DNA of 64,000 nt from contig CAVSHR010000002.1 in NCBI GenBank assembly GCA_963727625.1, positions 224,001-288,000 on the forward strand. The letters are read 5' to 3'. The notes below the pieces were generated by a model, which was not told the origin of the DNA, did no database searches, and saw nothing but the letters and a program-made list of their open reading frames with translations. Below, one piece after another: positions 33,563 to 42,902 of this stretch. Position numbers and translations under genes: made by a program. The DNA comes from an uncultured delta proteobacterium (GTDB lineage Bacteria; Desulfobacterota; Binatia; UBA9968). Numbering within the stretch: position 1 is the stretch's first letter; the number at the start of each line of letters is the position of its first letter.

Positions 33563-35434
33563 TCATCGCTTGGCTTGGCTTGATCCTTCGCCGTCCGCCC
33601 AGTTTTTTGATCTCCGGTTCCGTATTTCGTGTTGCCCCGAAATCGTCGGTAGACACAATTCCGCTAACTTCTTTTCCGGGACAAATCCGTTTTCGTCCCA
33701 GCCTCGCGCCCGGTAGTAGCTCAGAATCATGTCCCGGAGTTCGTCAGGACTCAATCCGACGCCCACGCCGACCCCGGTGGGGAGCACTTCGTTTAACAAG
33801 CGCTCGGGCAACCAATCGTCTTTGGGTTGCCAGCCCTCACGGACATTAAACAGTTTCTTCATCGTATGAATCCGCGCGCCGCTGCGCCTGATCTCAACGT
33901 CTGAACAGTCCCAGCCGGTGACCTTGCTCAATAGCTCAGCGGCCTCTCGATAAAAATCATTGAAACACTTGCGCAAGAATTTGCAGACGATCAATGAGTC
34001 GAGCACTGCGGCGAAATCTTCCGAATCACTCACCAACGCCCCTCGACTCGGATCTGCTTGGAAGCGGTCGACGGCTCCGGAGAAATCAGCTTCGTAGGCG
34101 CCGGAGCGATTGTGACAAGCCCCGCGCGGGCTCACCGCCAGTCCGAGCGCCATAGTCTTCAAGCTGCGCGGCTCATAGCCGGGAAGCTCCAATCCCTTGA
34201 CGTGCATAGCCCAATATAAAGCATCCCCGCCGATTTCCTGGGCGGCGCGTCGCGAACCATCGGCCAGCAACTCGCCGATGCCGTTTCGCTCCGCGGTCGC
34301 CGCAATTGCAGCAAGAAACCCATCGGCTTGACCAAATCGCAGCTTTTGAGATTGCGGCAGCTGGCCCTTTTCGCTGCACTCCATCGCCCAGGCTAGAGTT
34401 CCGCCAGCGCTGATTGTGTCCATTCCATAATGGTCGCAGAGCTGGGCGGCGCGCAACACCACATCGGGATTGTCAATGCCGCAGAGCGGTCCGAGAGCGA
34501 AAAGAGTTTCATATTCCAGGCGCTGTTCCTCGCCGTTCAAAGCTTTGAACAAGCGCTCGCACTGGATCGTGCAGGAGGCGCAACCATGCCGGCGGCTAAA
34601 ATTATTTTCCGTTAAAGTCTCGCCGCTCAGGGCTTCGGCGTGATCGAAGGTCGATTGCTGAAAGTTATGCGTCGGCAGCGTGCCGAGGCGATTGAAGACC
34701 GCCAGGTTGGCAATCGTGCCGATCTTTCGATACTTGTCGGTGAGCGAACCGAGACTCTTTTGACGCAGAGAATTCGCGATCGCTTCGACGCCCGCGGGAT
34801 CCGCCACCTGGGTCCCACGATCACCGCAAACAGCGACGCCTTTCAAATGCTTCGATCCCATCACCGCGCCGACACCGCCGCGGCCGGCATGGCGTCCCTC
34901 GTTGCTGATGGTCGCGAAGCGCACCAGGTTCTCGCCGGCTTTGCCGATGGCGGCAACGCGCAGCGCCGGCGCGCCGAGCTCGGCGCGGATCGCGGATTCA
35001 GTTTCGCCGGGACTTTTGCCGCGCAGATGGCCGGCCTCGCAGATCTCAACTTTTTGATTGTGCAGATGGATGTACGCCATCGACGCGGCACGACCGGTGA
35101 TGATGAGCGCATCGAGGCCGGCACGCTTAAGCTCCAGCGCAAAATGGCTGGAGGACAGCGAATCGGCGATGAAACCGGTGAGGGGAGACTTGGTGACCAC
35201 GGCAAACTTGGCGGTCGTGGTGAGACCGGTGCCGACCAGTGGCGCGCTGGTAAAAATCAATGGGTTGGCGGGTGCGAAGGGATCGACTCCTGCCGGCGCA
35301 TAGTCGTAGAGCAGACTTGCGCCCAAGCCGATGCCGCCGAGAAACGCCCGCAACCGCGTTTCCTCGAGATCGATCCAGGAGCTTTGTCCGGTGCTGAGAT
35401 CGATATGCAGCAGGCGGCCGTGAAATCCGTACAT
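33563..35434 (-). CDS. aor: aldehyde:ferredoxin oxidoreductase (AOR/WOR family, tungstopterin)
   Basis: GFHGRLLHIDLS, KSPLTG, AIGKAGEN, AGRGGVGAVMGSK, CASCTIQC, EYET, DHYGMDTIS, RGACH, YYRARGW. Confidence 0.93.
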   Translation of the reverse strand: MYGFHGRLLHIDLSTGQSSWIDLEETRLRAFLGGIGLGASLLYDYAPAGVDPFAPANPLIFTSAPLVGTGLTTTAKFAVVTKSPLTGFIADSLSSSHFALELKRAGLDALIITGRAASMAYIHLHNQKVEICEAGHLRGKSPGETESAIRAELGAPALRVAAIGKAGENLVRFATISNEGRHAGRGGVGAVMGSKHLKGVAVCGDRGTQVADPAGVEAIANSLRQKSLGSLTDKYRKIGTIANLAVFNRLGTLPTHNFQQSTFDHAEALSGETLTENNFSRRHGCASCTIQCERLFKALNGEEQRLEYETLFALGPLCGIDNPDVVLRAAQLCDHYGMDTISAGGTLAWAMECSEKGQLPQSQKLRFGQADGFLAAIAATAERNGIGELLADGSRRAAQEIGGDALYWAMHVKGLELPGYEPRSLKTMALGLAVSPRGACHNRSGAYEADFSGAVDRFQADPSRGALVSDSEDFAAVLDSLIVCKFLRKCFNDFYREAAELLSKVTGWDCSDVEIRRSGARIHTMKKLFNVREGWQPKDDWLPERLLNEVLPTGVGVGVGLSPDELRDMILSYYRARGWDENGFVPEKKLAELCLPTISGQHEIRNRRSKNWADGEGSSQAKR

Positions 35435-35437
35435 CCC

Positions 35438-36334
35438 TCAGCCTCCCGCATCCGCCGACAGAATTAAGATCTTATCTCCTGAACTGACTTTGGCGCCGGG
35501 AGTGCGAACAAAGTCCATACCGTTAATGTTGCAGCTATAGCCGCTCACCAGACCTTCGGCGTTGATGATGCGGCCGGCCAGTACCGGCAATTTTTCAGCA
35601 AGGGCTGAAAATACCTGTGTCAGTGTCGCATCCTGCGGCAGCGATAGCGAAACTTCTTTGGTCTTCGCCAGCAAGCGGGGGACGCCGAAAAGCTCCACCG
35701 AGACAAATATGGCATGAGAGGACTGTCGCGTTTTCCAGAGCACTAAGGCTGCTTCGTAGTCCTCAGGGCTGTTCATGTTGACAAAGCTCAAGCCCTCGGG
35801 ATCAAACCGGCGGATTTCATCTTTGTCGATTTTTCGGGTGCGGACCTTGTCGTAGAGAAAGATCGGCCGTAGCTCGCCCCGCGCAAGTTGATCTCTGAGA
35901 AGCGGCGCGACGCTGGTCCGGTACACTGCGTGCAACGGTTGAAATCGATCTTGCAAAAACGGCACGACTACATCGTAGTCCGGGATCTTCGATAGGAGAT
36001 GCGCGATCAGCGCATGGTTGAGAAACGGCGCATCGCAAGATGTTACGAAACAGACCTCTCGGGTCGAAGCCTTCAGACCGTGGTAAATGCCGCTCACCGG
36101 ACCTTGATACGCGACCGCGTCGCGCACCAGCAGGGCCGGCAAGTCGGGCAGCTCCTGCTCGGGTGCGGCCACGACGACAGTTTCGGCAAACATCTCCTTG
36201 AGGCCCCGAACGACATGGACGACGAGCGGCTTGTCATCGAACGGCAGCAACGCTTTGGGTCGCCCCATGCGTGAACTCTTGCCTCCGGTTAAGACCACCG
36301 CAGTCGCATCAGCAATCGTCCGGTGAACTTTCAT
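35438..36334 (-). CDS. mobA: MobA molybdenum cofactor guanylyltransferase fused to a C-terminal MoaD/ThiS domain
   Basis: VLTGGKSSRMG..KALL, GPVSGI, SCDAP, QPLHAVY, NMNSPED; ubiquitin-like tail ending ADAGG. Confidence 0.88.
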   Translation of the reverse strand: MKVHRTIADATAVVLTGGKSSRMGRPKALLPFDDKPLVVHVVRGLKEMFAETVVVAAPEQELPDLPALLVRDAVAYQGPVSGIYHGLKASTREVCFVTSCDAPFLNHALIAHLLSKIPDYDVVVPFLQDRFQPLHAVYRTSVAPLLRDQLARGELRPIFLYDKVRTRKIDKDEIRRFDPEGLSFVNMNSPEDYEAALVLWKTRQSSHAIFVSVELFGVPRLLAKTKEVSLSLPQDATLTQVFSALAEKLPVLAGRIINAEGLVSGYSCNINGMDFVRTPGAKVSSGDKILILSADAGG

Positions 36335-36403
36335 GATTTCGAGTACGGCACCTCTGCCGAGATCCTAGGGTCGCACGAACTGCATAGTCAAGGCGCTGGG
36401 AGC

Positions 36404-36520
36404 CTGGCGCGGCGGAGCCACAACCGCATTTCGGAGTTTCTCCCGCAAAGTTGCAAAGGCCGCAAAGAAACAGAAAAAACAATTTTCCGAACTTTGCGCT
36501 CTTGGCGCCTTGGCGCGAGA
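36404..36520. repeat. REP-like intergenic repeats
   Basis: CTGGCGCGGCGGAGCCACAACCGC (36404-36427) and the imperfect palindrome CGCAAAGTTGCAAAGGCCGCAAAG...CTTTGCGCTCTTGGCGCCTTGGCG. Confidence 0.55.
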
Positions 36521-36592
36521 AATATCCCAATCCGAGATGTTCCTTCTGGATTTAACCGACAGAGACGCGGTAGGAATCGGATGCGCACAAAA

Positions 36593-38755
36593 TTAATACC
36601 GGCCCCTTTCCACTTTTCCCTCGGGTCGCGCGAGTTGGTCTTTCGTGACCGGTACGACGCGCACGGCGCAGGCTTTGTACTCGGGGATTTTTGCGAGCGG
36701 GTCCAGGGCGTCGATAGTGAGCAAGTTGGCGGCGGCCTCATGAAAGTGCATCGGAATGAAAACCACGCCCACGGTGGTCCGCTGGGTGACCCAGGCGCGC
36801 AGGACGACGGTGCCGCGGCGCGACGAGACGCGCACGGCCTGCCCGTCTTCGATTTTCAAGCGGGCGCCATCCGCGGGATTGATTTCGATGCGTGCCTCCG
36901 GATAGAGCTCGTCGAGCTTCGAATGGCGCGTCAGCGTGCCGCCATGCCAGTGCTCGAGCAGCCGTCCGGTGGTCAAGATGAACGGGTATTCTTCGTCGGG
37001 CATCTCCACCGACGGCACGTATTCGAGCGGGTGAAACTTGCCCCTGCCGCTGGGAAAGCTCTCGGCGAAGAGATAGGGAGTGCCGGGATGACTGTCGTCC
37101 CACACCGGCGTCTGCAAACCCTCGTCTTCGATGCGCCGGTACTTTACGCCAGCATATTCCGGCACCACGCGGCCCATCTCTTCGAGCACTTCGGCGGGAC
37201 TCGGGTATGACCAGACTGAGGTCTGCGGACGGCCGAGTCGCTTTTCGATGCGCCCGGCGAGATCGCAGATGATCTCCCAATCGGCGCGCGCCTGGCCGCG
37301 CGGCTTCAACGCCTTGCGCACGCGCTGGACGCGGCGATCGGTGTTGGTGAAAGTGCCTTCCTTTTCCGCCCAGGAAGTTGCGGGCAAGAAAACGTCGGCA
37401 TAGGCGCCGGATTCGTTGATGAATAAGTCCTGCGCCGCCAAGAACTCTAACTGTTCGATCCTATGGCGCGTGTGGTTCAAATTGGGCTCGGACATCATCG
37501 GATTCTCGCCCATGATGTGCAACGCGCGCACTCCGCCCGGCCTGACTTCGCTCATGATTTCCGTCGTCGTCAGCCCTAACTTCCGGTTGAGCCCGCCCGG
37601 CTCGATGTTCCAGGCCTGCTCGAATTTACGCGCTGCCGCGTCGTCATCGACGCGTTGATAGCCGGGATAGTGCCACGGCATGGCGCCGGAATCCGAGGCG
37701 CCCTGGACATTATTCTGTCCGCGCAGCGGATTAAGACCAGTGCCTCTGCGGCCGATGTGGCCGGTGAGCAACGCAAGATGAATGAGCGACATCGCGTTGT
37801 CAGTGCCGTGGGAGTGCTCGGGAATACCCAGCGCCCAATAAATCGCCGCGTTCTTCGCCGTCGCATACATGCGCGCCGCCTGGACGATGAGATTGCGGTC
37901 AACGCCGGAAATCGCCTCGGCATATTCCGGCGAGAATTTTTCCATGGACTTGGAAAACTCTTCGAAGCCTTCGGTGCGCCGGTCGATGAAGTCCTGATTG
38001 TAGAGCCGTTCCTTGATGATGACATGGGCCATGGCGGAATAGAGCGGAACGTCGGTGCCCGGCTTCTCGGGCAGCCAGAGCGCCGCCCAGTTGACCATCT
38101 CCACCCGCCGCGGGTCGACGACAATGAGCTTCGCGCCGTGTTTTTCCACGGCGGCTTTCATCTGCAGGGCGATGATCGGATGGGTCTCCGCCGTGTTGGA
38201 GCCGGTCACGATAAAAACATCGCTGTGAATCACTTCGGCGGCGGTATTGCTCATCGCCGAGGAGCCGAGCGCCATCTGCAGGGCGACGACGGAGCCGGCG
38301 TGACACAGGCGTGTGCAGTGATCGACGTTGTTGCTGCGAAACAGGGCGCGGAAAAGTTTTTGCAGGAGATAGTTGTCCTCATTGGTCGCCTTGGCGCAGC
38401 AATAAACCGCCATGGCCTCCGCGCCGTCGCGCCGGTAAATCTCGACGAGCCGATCCGCGGTGTAATCGAGGGCCTCGTCCCACGAGACCTCGCGCCACTG
38501 GTCGCGGTCGAAGGCTTGGGTGCGCGCGCCGGGCGCCTGCGGTCTTTTGCGAATCAGCGGTGTCGTCACCCGGTCCTTGTTGTAAATAAAGTCGTAGCCG
38601 AAGCGACCTTTGACGCAGAGGTTGCCGTGGTTGACCGTCGCATCGAAAGGCGAAGTCACTTTGTAAATATAGTCGTCCTTGATGTGCAGCTCGAGATTGC
38701 AGCCCACGCCGCAGTACGGACAGGTGGTCGGGACAACGCGATCAGCGGTGATCAT
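36593..38755 (-). CDS. fdhF: formate dehydrogenase catalytic subunit (Cys ligand)
   Basis: [60 protein letters not shown]. Confidence 0.93.
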   Translation of the reverse strand: MITADRVVPTTCPYCGVGCNLELHIKDDYIYKVTSPFDATVNHGNLCVKGRFGYDFIYNKDRVTTPLIRKRPQAPGARTQAFDRDQWREVSWDEALDYTADRLVEIYRRDGAEAMAVYCCAKATNEDNYLLQKLFRALFRSNNVDHCTRLCHAGSVVALQMALGSSAMSNTAAEVIHSDVFIVTGSNTAETHPIIALQMKAAVEKHGAKLIVVDPRRVEMVNWAALWLPEKPGTDVPLYSAMAHVIIKERLYNQDFIDRRTEGFEEFSKSMEKFSPEYAEAISGVDRNLIVQAARMYATAKNAAIYWALGIPEHSHGTDNAMSLIHLALLTGHIGRRGTGLNPLRGQNNVQGASDSGAMPWHYPGYQRVDDDAAARKFEQAWNIEPGGLNRKLGLTTTEIMSEVRPGGVRALHIMGENPMMSEPNLNHTRHRIEQLEFLAAQDLFINESGAYADVFLPATSWAEKEGTFTNTDRRVQRVRKALKPRGQARADWEIICDLAGRIEKRLGRPQTSVWSYPSPAEVLEEMGRVVPEYAGVKYRRIEDEGLQTPVWDDSHPGTPYLFAESFPSGRGKFHPLEYVPSVEMPDEEYPFILTTGRLLEHWHGGTLTRHSKLDELYPEARIEINPADGARLKIEDGQAVRVSSRRGTVVLRAWVTQRTTVGVVFIPMHFHEAAANLLTIDALDPLAKIPEYKACAVRVVPVTKDQLARPEGKVERGRY

Positions 38756-39456
38756 GGCGTTTTCCTCCGGCGTTTTTTTCCGCCGCCGCGAGTTGCTTGC
38801 AGGATTTCATCCAAAGAAACTCCCTGCTCGAGCAGCGACTCGCGCTTGGGCTTGAGCGCTCCGGTGGGGCAGACGCCGACGCACTGGCCGCAAAATACGC
38901 AGCTGGTTTCCGGCATGGGCTTGTCGAAAAATGTGCCGATGCCGGTGTCGAAACCGCGGCCTTTAAAATTAATCGCATAGGTAAACTGGGCGTCGTCGGC
39001 GCACACCTGAACGCAACGCCAGCAGAGTATACACTTGGAGTAATCGCGGACGTACATCGGGTTATCGTCGAGCACCGGATACTCGCGCCGCTCCGCTTGC
39101 GGAAAGCGCGCCGGGTTGGCGCGATACTCGCCGATGAATTTTTGAATCTCCGGCGCCTGGGAAAGATCTACGGCCGAGGCGAGCAGCTCCAGAATGGTCC
39201 GGCGGCTGCGCTCGGCGCGCGCGCTCGAAGTCGTAACCTTCATGCCTTCGCTCACCCGGCTCAGGCAAGCCGGCAGCAGCGGCTTTACGCCGTCGACTTC
39301 GACCACGCAGATGCGGCAGAGGCCATTGGCGGTGCAGTGATCGTGGTAGCAAATCGTTGGGACTTGTTTGCCAAGCCGTTCGGCTGCTTTGAGGATCATT
39401 GTCCCGGCAGGAACGGTGACGGTGTTGCCATCGATAGTGAGTGTGACGTCAGTCAT
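38752..39456 (-). CDS. 2Fe-2S plus 2x4Fe-4S electron transfer subunit (NuoG N-terminal-like)
   Basis: PTIC...GLCRICVVE...LPAC; [11 protein letters not shown]; [16 protein letters not shown]. Confidence 0.92.
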   Translation of the reverse strand: MTDVTLTIDGNTVTVPAGTMILKAAERLGKQVPTICYHDHCTANGLCRICVVEVDGVKPLLPACLSRVSEGMKVTTSSARAERSRRTILELLASAVDLSQAPEIQKFIGEYRANPARFPQAERREYPVLDDNPMYVRDYSKCILCWRCVQVCADDAQFTYAINFKGRGFDTGIGTFFDKPMPETSCVFCGQCVGVCPTGALKPKRESLLEQGVSLDEILQATRGGGKKRRRKTP

Positions 39457-39471
39457 GCGTGCGATTAGGCA

Positions 39472-39499
39472 GTAGGGGCGAAAAATTTTTCGCCCCTAC
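39472..39499. repeat. GTAG-type REP palindrome
   Basis: Perfect palindrome GTAGGGGCG-AAAAATTTTT-CGCCCCTAC between two co-oriented genes. Confidence 0.7.
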
Positions 39500-39521
39500 A
39501 AAAATTCCTCCGTTGTGAATC

Positions 39522-41246
39522 TTATTTTGTTGCTTCAAACATCTCCGGCCAGAGTTTCATCGCGCTAAGCACCGCCGTGGGTGCCGTTTGGCCCAGGCCG
39601 CACAGGGATGCATCGATCATCGTGGCACCGACGTCCGACAAGCGTTCGCGATCGCCGGCAACGGAATGACCGGCCGCGGCCCGGTCGAGAATTTCAAACT
39701 GGCGCCGCGCGCCGAGCTGGCAGGGGTAGCATTTGCCGCAGCTCTCGTCGGCAAAGAAGTGCGCCAGCCGCTTCAGCATATCGCGCATATCAGCGCTATC
39801 GTCGAAGACCATGACCGCGCCGGAGCCGAGGGGCAAGCCCGCGGCGGTCAGGTTCTCGAACGACAGGATCACATCCAGGTCTTTCTCGATGGCAAATGCG
39901 CCCGCGGCGCCGCCCATCAGCACCGCTTGAAGCTTGCGCCCCGGCTTAAGCCCGCCGCCGAGATCGAAAAGCAAATGGCACAAGGTGACGCCGAATGGCA
40001 CTTCGTAAAGCCCGGGCCGTTGGATGTGGCCCGACAAACAAAAGAGCTTCGGGCCGGGCGAGCGCTCGGTTCCGACCTTGCGATAGTCGGCGGCGCCCCG
40101 TTCGATGATGAGCGGGACATTGCAGAAGGTCTCTACGTTGTTGATCACGGTGGGCTTGCCGAACAAACCGTGAGTCGTGGGGAAGGGCGGCTTGATGCGC
40201 GGCAGGCCGCGCTTGCCTTCGATGGATTCCAACAGCGCGGTTTCTTCGCCGCAAATGTAGGCGCCGGCGCCCAGGCGCATCTCGATATCGAAGTCCAATC
40301 CGGAGCCAAAAAGCTTCTCGCCGAGGGCGCCGGCCTGGCGAGCTTCTTTCACGGCCTCGCCCATGACATTGAACGCATAGGGATACTCGCCCCGCACATA
40401 GATGTAGCCCCGGCGAGCGCCCACGGCATGAGCTGCGATAATCATTCCTTCGATGGTGCGGTGCGGGTCATCCTCCATGAGAATGCGGTCTTTGAAGGTT
40501 CCGGGCTCGGATTCGTCGGCGTTGCACACGATATATTTGGGCTCTCCGGCTGCCTGTGCGGCTCCCTCCCACTTGATTCCGGTGGGAAACGCCGCGCCGC
40601 CGCGGCCTACCAATCCCGCGGTTTTCACCTCCGCAAGCACGTCTTGCGGCGTCATCGCCAGAGCTTTTTTCGCTCCGGCGTAGCCGCCGCTGCTGCTGTA
40701 ATCGGCGAATGAGGTCGGTCGGCCTTGGCCGCAGTTGGCTGTAAGGATGCGGATGTCGCCGCCGACGAAGCTGATCGGCCGCTCTGCACTGCCCGCGCAG
40801 ATCGCGGCTGCTTGTGCGGGATCAGCGCGTCCCAAAGCGGCTTCGCCCACTAGCACTGCCGGCGCGTGATCGCACAGACCCAAACAGGGAGCATGTTCGA
40901 CGGTGAACCGACCGTCCGAGGTGACGTCGCCCGGCGCAACTTTCAAATGGCGGCAGAGTGCGTCAGCCAAGGCTTCAGCGCTCGCGAGGGCACAAGAGGG
41001 CGCGGTGCACACCCGCGCCACGCTTCGGCCCATTGGCTCGCGCGATAGCATTTCATAGAAGTCGATGACGCCATGCACGTCGGCGAGCGGCACGCCCAAG
41101 GCGCGGCCGACTTCTGCCGCGATTTCCTCGCTAATCCAGCCGTGGAGTCGCTGCGCCGCGTGTAAGGCGGGCAGAAGCGCGGCGCGACCTTGCGGCGCTA
41201 ACTCGGTAAGAAAGGAACCTAAAGTATTGAGTTCGGTGTCAGTCAT
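39522..41246 (-). CDS. NuoE-NuoF fusion (NAD-reducing diaphorase module)
   Basis: CTAPSC, CLGLCDHAP (NuoE); GRGGAAFP, NADESEPGTFKDR, YICGEETAL, ESCGKCYPC, SLCGLG (NuoF). Confidence 0.92.
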   Translation of the reverse strand: MTDTELNTLGSFLTELAPQGRAALLPALHAAQRLHGWISEEIAAEVGRALGVPLADVHGVIDFYEMLSREPMGRSVARVCTAPSCALASAEALADALCRHLKVAPGDVTSDGRFTVEHAPCLGLCDHAPAVLVGEAALGRADPAQAAAICAGSAERPISFVGGDIRILTANCGQGRPTSFADYSSSGGYAGAKKALAMTPQDVLAEVKTAGLVGRGGAAFPTGIKWEGAAQAAGEPKYIVCNADESEPGTFKDRILMEDDPHRTIEGMIIAAHAVGARRGYIYVRGEYPYAFNVMGEAVKEARQAGALGEKLFGSGLDFDIEMRLGAGAYICGEETALLESIEGKRGLPRIKPPFPTTHGLFGKPTVINNVETFCNVPLIIERGAADYRKVGTERSPGPKLFCLSGHIQRPGLYEVPFGVTLCHLLFDLGGGLKPGRKLQAVLMGGAAGAFAIEKDLDVILSFENLTAAGLPLGSGAVMVFDDSADMRDMLKRLAHFFADESCGKCYPCQLGARRQFEILDRAAAGHSVAGDRERLSDVGATMIDASLCGLGQTAPTAVLSAMKLWPEMFEATK

Positions 41247-41580
41247 CGAATCTTCCAGGGACAAGATTCAGTTCACGTGCTGTCGCAATTGATCGCTGGC
41301 AAGTTGATGTCCGATGAAAATAATCGTGCCCGACTTGGGCGCAGTGTGCAAGCCTTTCTCTTGAATGAAAAAAGGTAACCGCCGGCGGGTCGCTTCGGAT
41401 TCACCGGATGGAGAAGAAACGGCTTAGCTGAAGCGCCTGGGGCGCGATCCCAACCCTGCGACACTTTCCGGATCCGGATATTCCGTGCACTGGGACGCAA
41501 AGGTCGCCAACGATAAAAAATCCGAGCGGCCCATTGCTCGGCTTTCGGTGCGGGAGAGTCCGAATTGCGGCGTCGCCGAG

Positions 41581-42375
41581 CTACGGATTGTATGGATGGT
41601 CCAGCGCCGCCTGTTTCATCTGGGCGTGGAGATCGACCATCGTCAAGGCGCAGTACTCGATCGAGTAGCCGGCGCGAAACTCGACGCTGTCCTGCAGCGC
41701 GCGGGTGAGCACCGTGCGATTGAATGCGCCGTGGCCCATCGCCTCTTCGTCGCTGTCGCCGAGCTTGTGCGTGTCCATGTCGGCTTCTTCGTGGGTCGAA
41801 AAATAGATCGCATCCGCTTTGCTGAAGCCATAATGGCTGGTCAACGCGGTGAACCACTGGCCCGACCACATGGACAGCGATTCCTCGAAAACATGCAGCC
41901 CCCAGAGCTCAACGATGGAGCCGTCGATGAAAATCTTATGGCAGAAGTCGTTGATCGCACGGGCGGCGGGGAGATAGGGATCTTCCAAAACTTCTTTTTT
42001 GTTGAGGCCCATCTTTTCCGCGGTCTGCAGCAAGACCAAAACATGGCCCGGCGCGCGCGGCGAAATCAACTCGTCGGCGATTTTGCCGCAGAAGGGGCCG
42101 AGCAGATCGAAATTGCGCACGAAAAAAGGTAGATGAGTGTAGTAGGAAACCGCGTTCAAGGCATTGACCTCGAGGGAAAAGTGCCCCCAATTTTTAAAAA
42201 ACTGGCGCATCACCGGGAGCGGCAACTTGCCCTCGCGCAGCTCGGTCATGAACCGGCCTTGGTAAACTTTTTCGTAGGCGTATTTGTAAAGCGTCGTGTA
42301 AAGATAGTCTACGTAGGCTTTTGCTTCCGCTGCGCTGAGCTTTTCACCGGCTTTTGGTTCTTTCGGCTTGCTCAT
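41581..42375 (-). CDS. TenA/PqqC/CADD-like heme-oxygenase-fold protein
   Basis: FMTELREGKLP, IADELISPRAPGH, HVFEE, HYGF, YFSTHEEAD..H. Confidence 0.7.
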   Translation of the reverse strand: MSKPKEPKAGEKLSAAEAKAYVDYLYTTLYKYAYEKVYQGRFMTELREGKLPLPVMRQFFKNWGHFSLEVNALNAVSYYTHLPFFVRNFDLLGPFCGKIADELISPRAPGHVLVLLQTAEKMGLNKKEVLEDPYLPAARAINDFCHKIFIDGSIVELWGLHVFEESLSMWSGQWFTALTSHYGFSKADAIYFSTHEEADMDTHKLGDSDEEAMGHGAFNRTVLTRALQDSVEFRAGYSIEYCALTMVDLHAQMKQAALDHPYNP

Positions 42376-42497
42376 ATGAGCCTCCTGAAAACAGCTTTCT
42401 CCTGCAAAGATTTCCCCTTGGGTTATCATCGGCCCCCAGCCAAGTCAAGGTAACTTGGCGATTTGGAAATGCTTTTGCGTCGCGCTAAGATCATCCC

Positions 42498-42854
42498 ATG
42501 CTGACCAGCCCAAGCCCTGAGTTAGAGACTTTCAACAATCCGCGACCGGAGCGTGATTACGAGATCAGCATGGAGTGCCCGGAGTTTACCTGCGTGTGCC
42601 CGCGCACCGGCCAGCCTGATTTTGCCACGATTCGGATCAAATACGTGCCGGCGGAACTCTGCGTCGAGCTCAAGTCGTTGAAACTCTATTTATGGTCTTA
42701 CCGCGACCAGGGAACTTTTCACGAGGCGGTGGTCAACAAAATTCTCGATGATCTGGTTCAGGCCTGCCGGCCAAAGAGTATGACCGTTGTCGGCGACTTC
42801 AACGTGCGTGGCGGAATCCACACCGTGGTCACGGCCGAGCATCTCCGGTCGTAA
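42498..42854 (+). CDS. queF: preQ1 synthase (7-cyano-7-deazaguanine reductase)
   Basis: [35 protein letters not shown]. Confidence 0.95.
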   Translation: MLTSPSPELETFNNPRPERDYEISMECPEFTCVCPRTGQPDFATIRIKYVPAELCVELKSLKLYLWSYRDQGTFHEAVVNKILDDLVQACRPKSMTVVGDFNVRGGIHTVVTAEHLRS

Positions 42855-42902
42855 CCGCCGGCCGCGCGCCCCGCGGCTCGCTAAACATATTTCCTCTTCA
42901 TC

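Noticed and set aside
36593-38755. Formate dehydrogenase as a selenoprotein
   Set aside because: The active-site position reads RLCH with a Cys codon and the ORF is uninterrupted.
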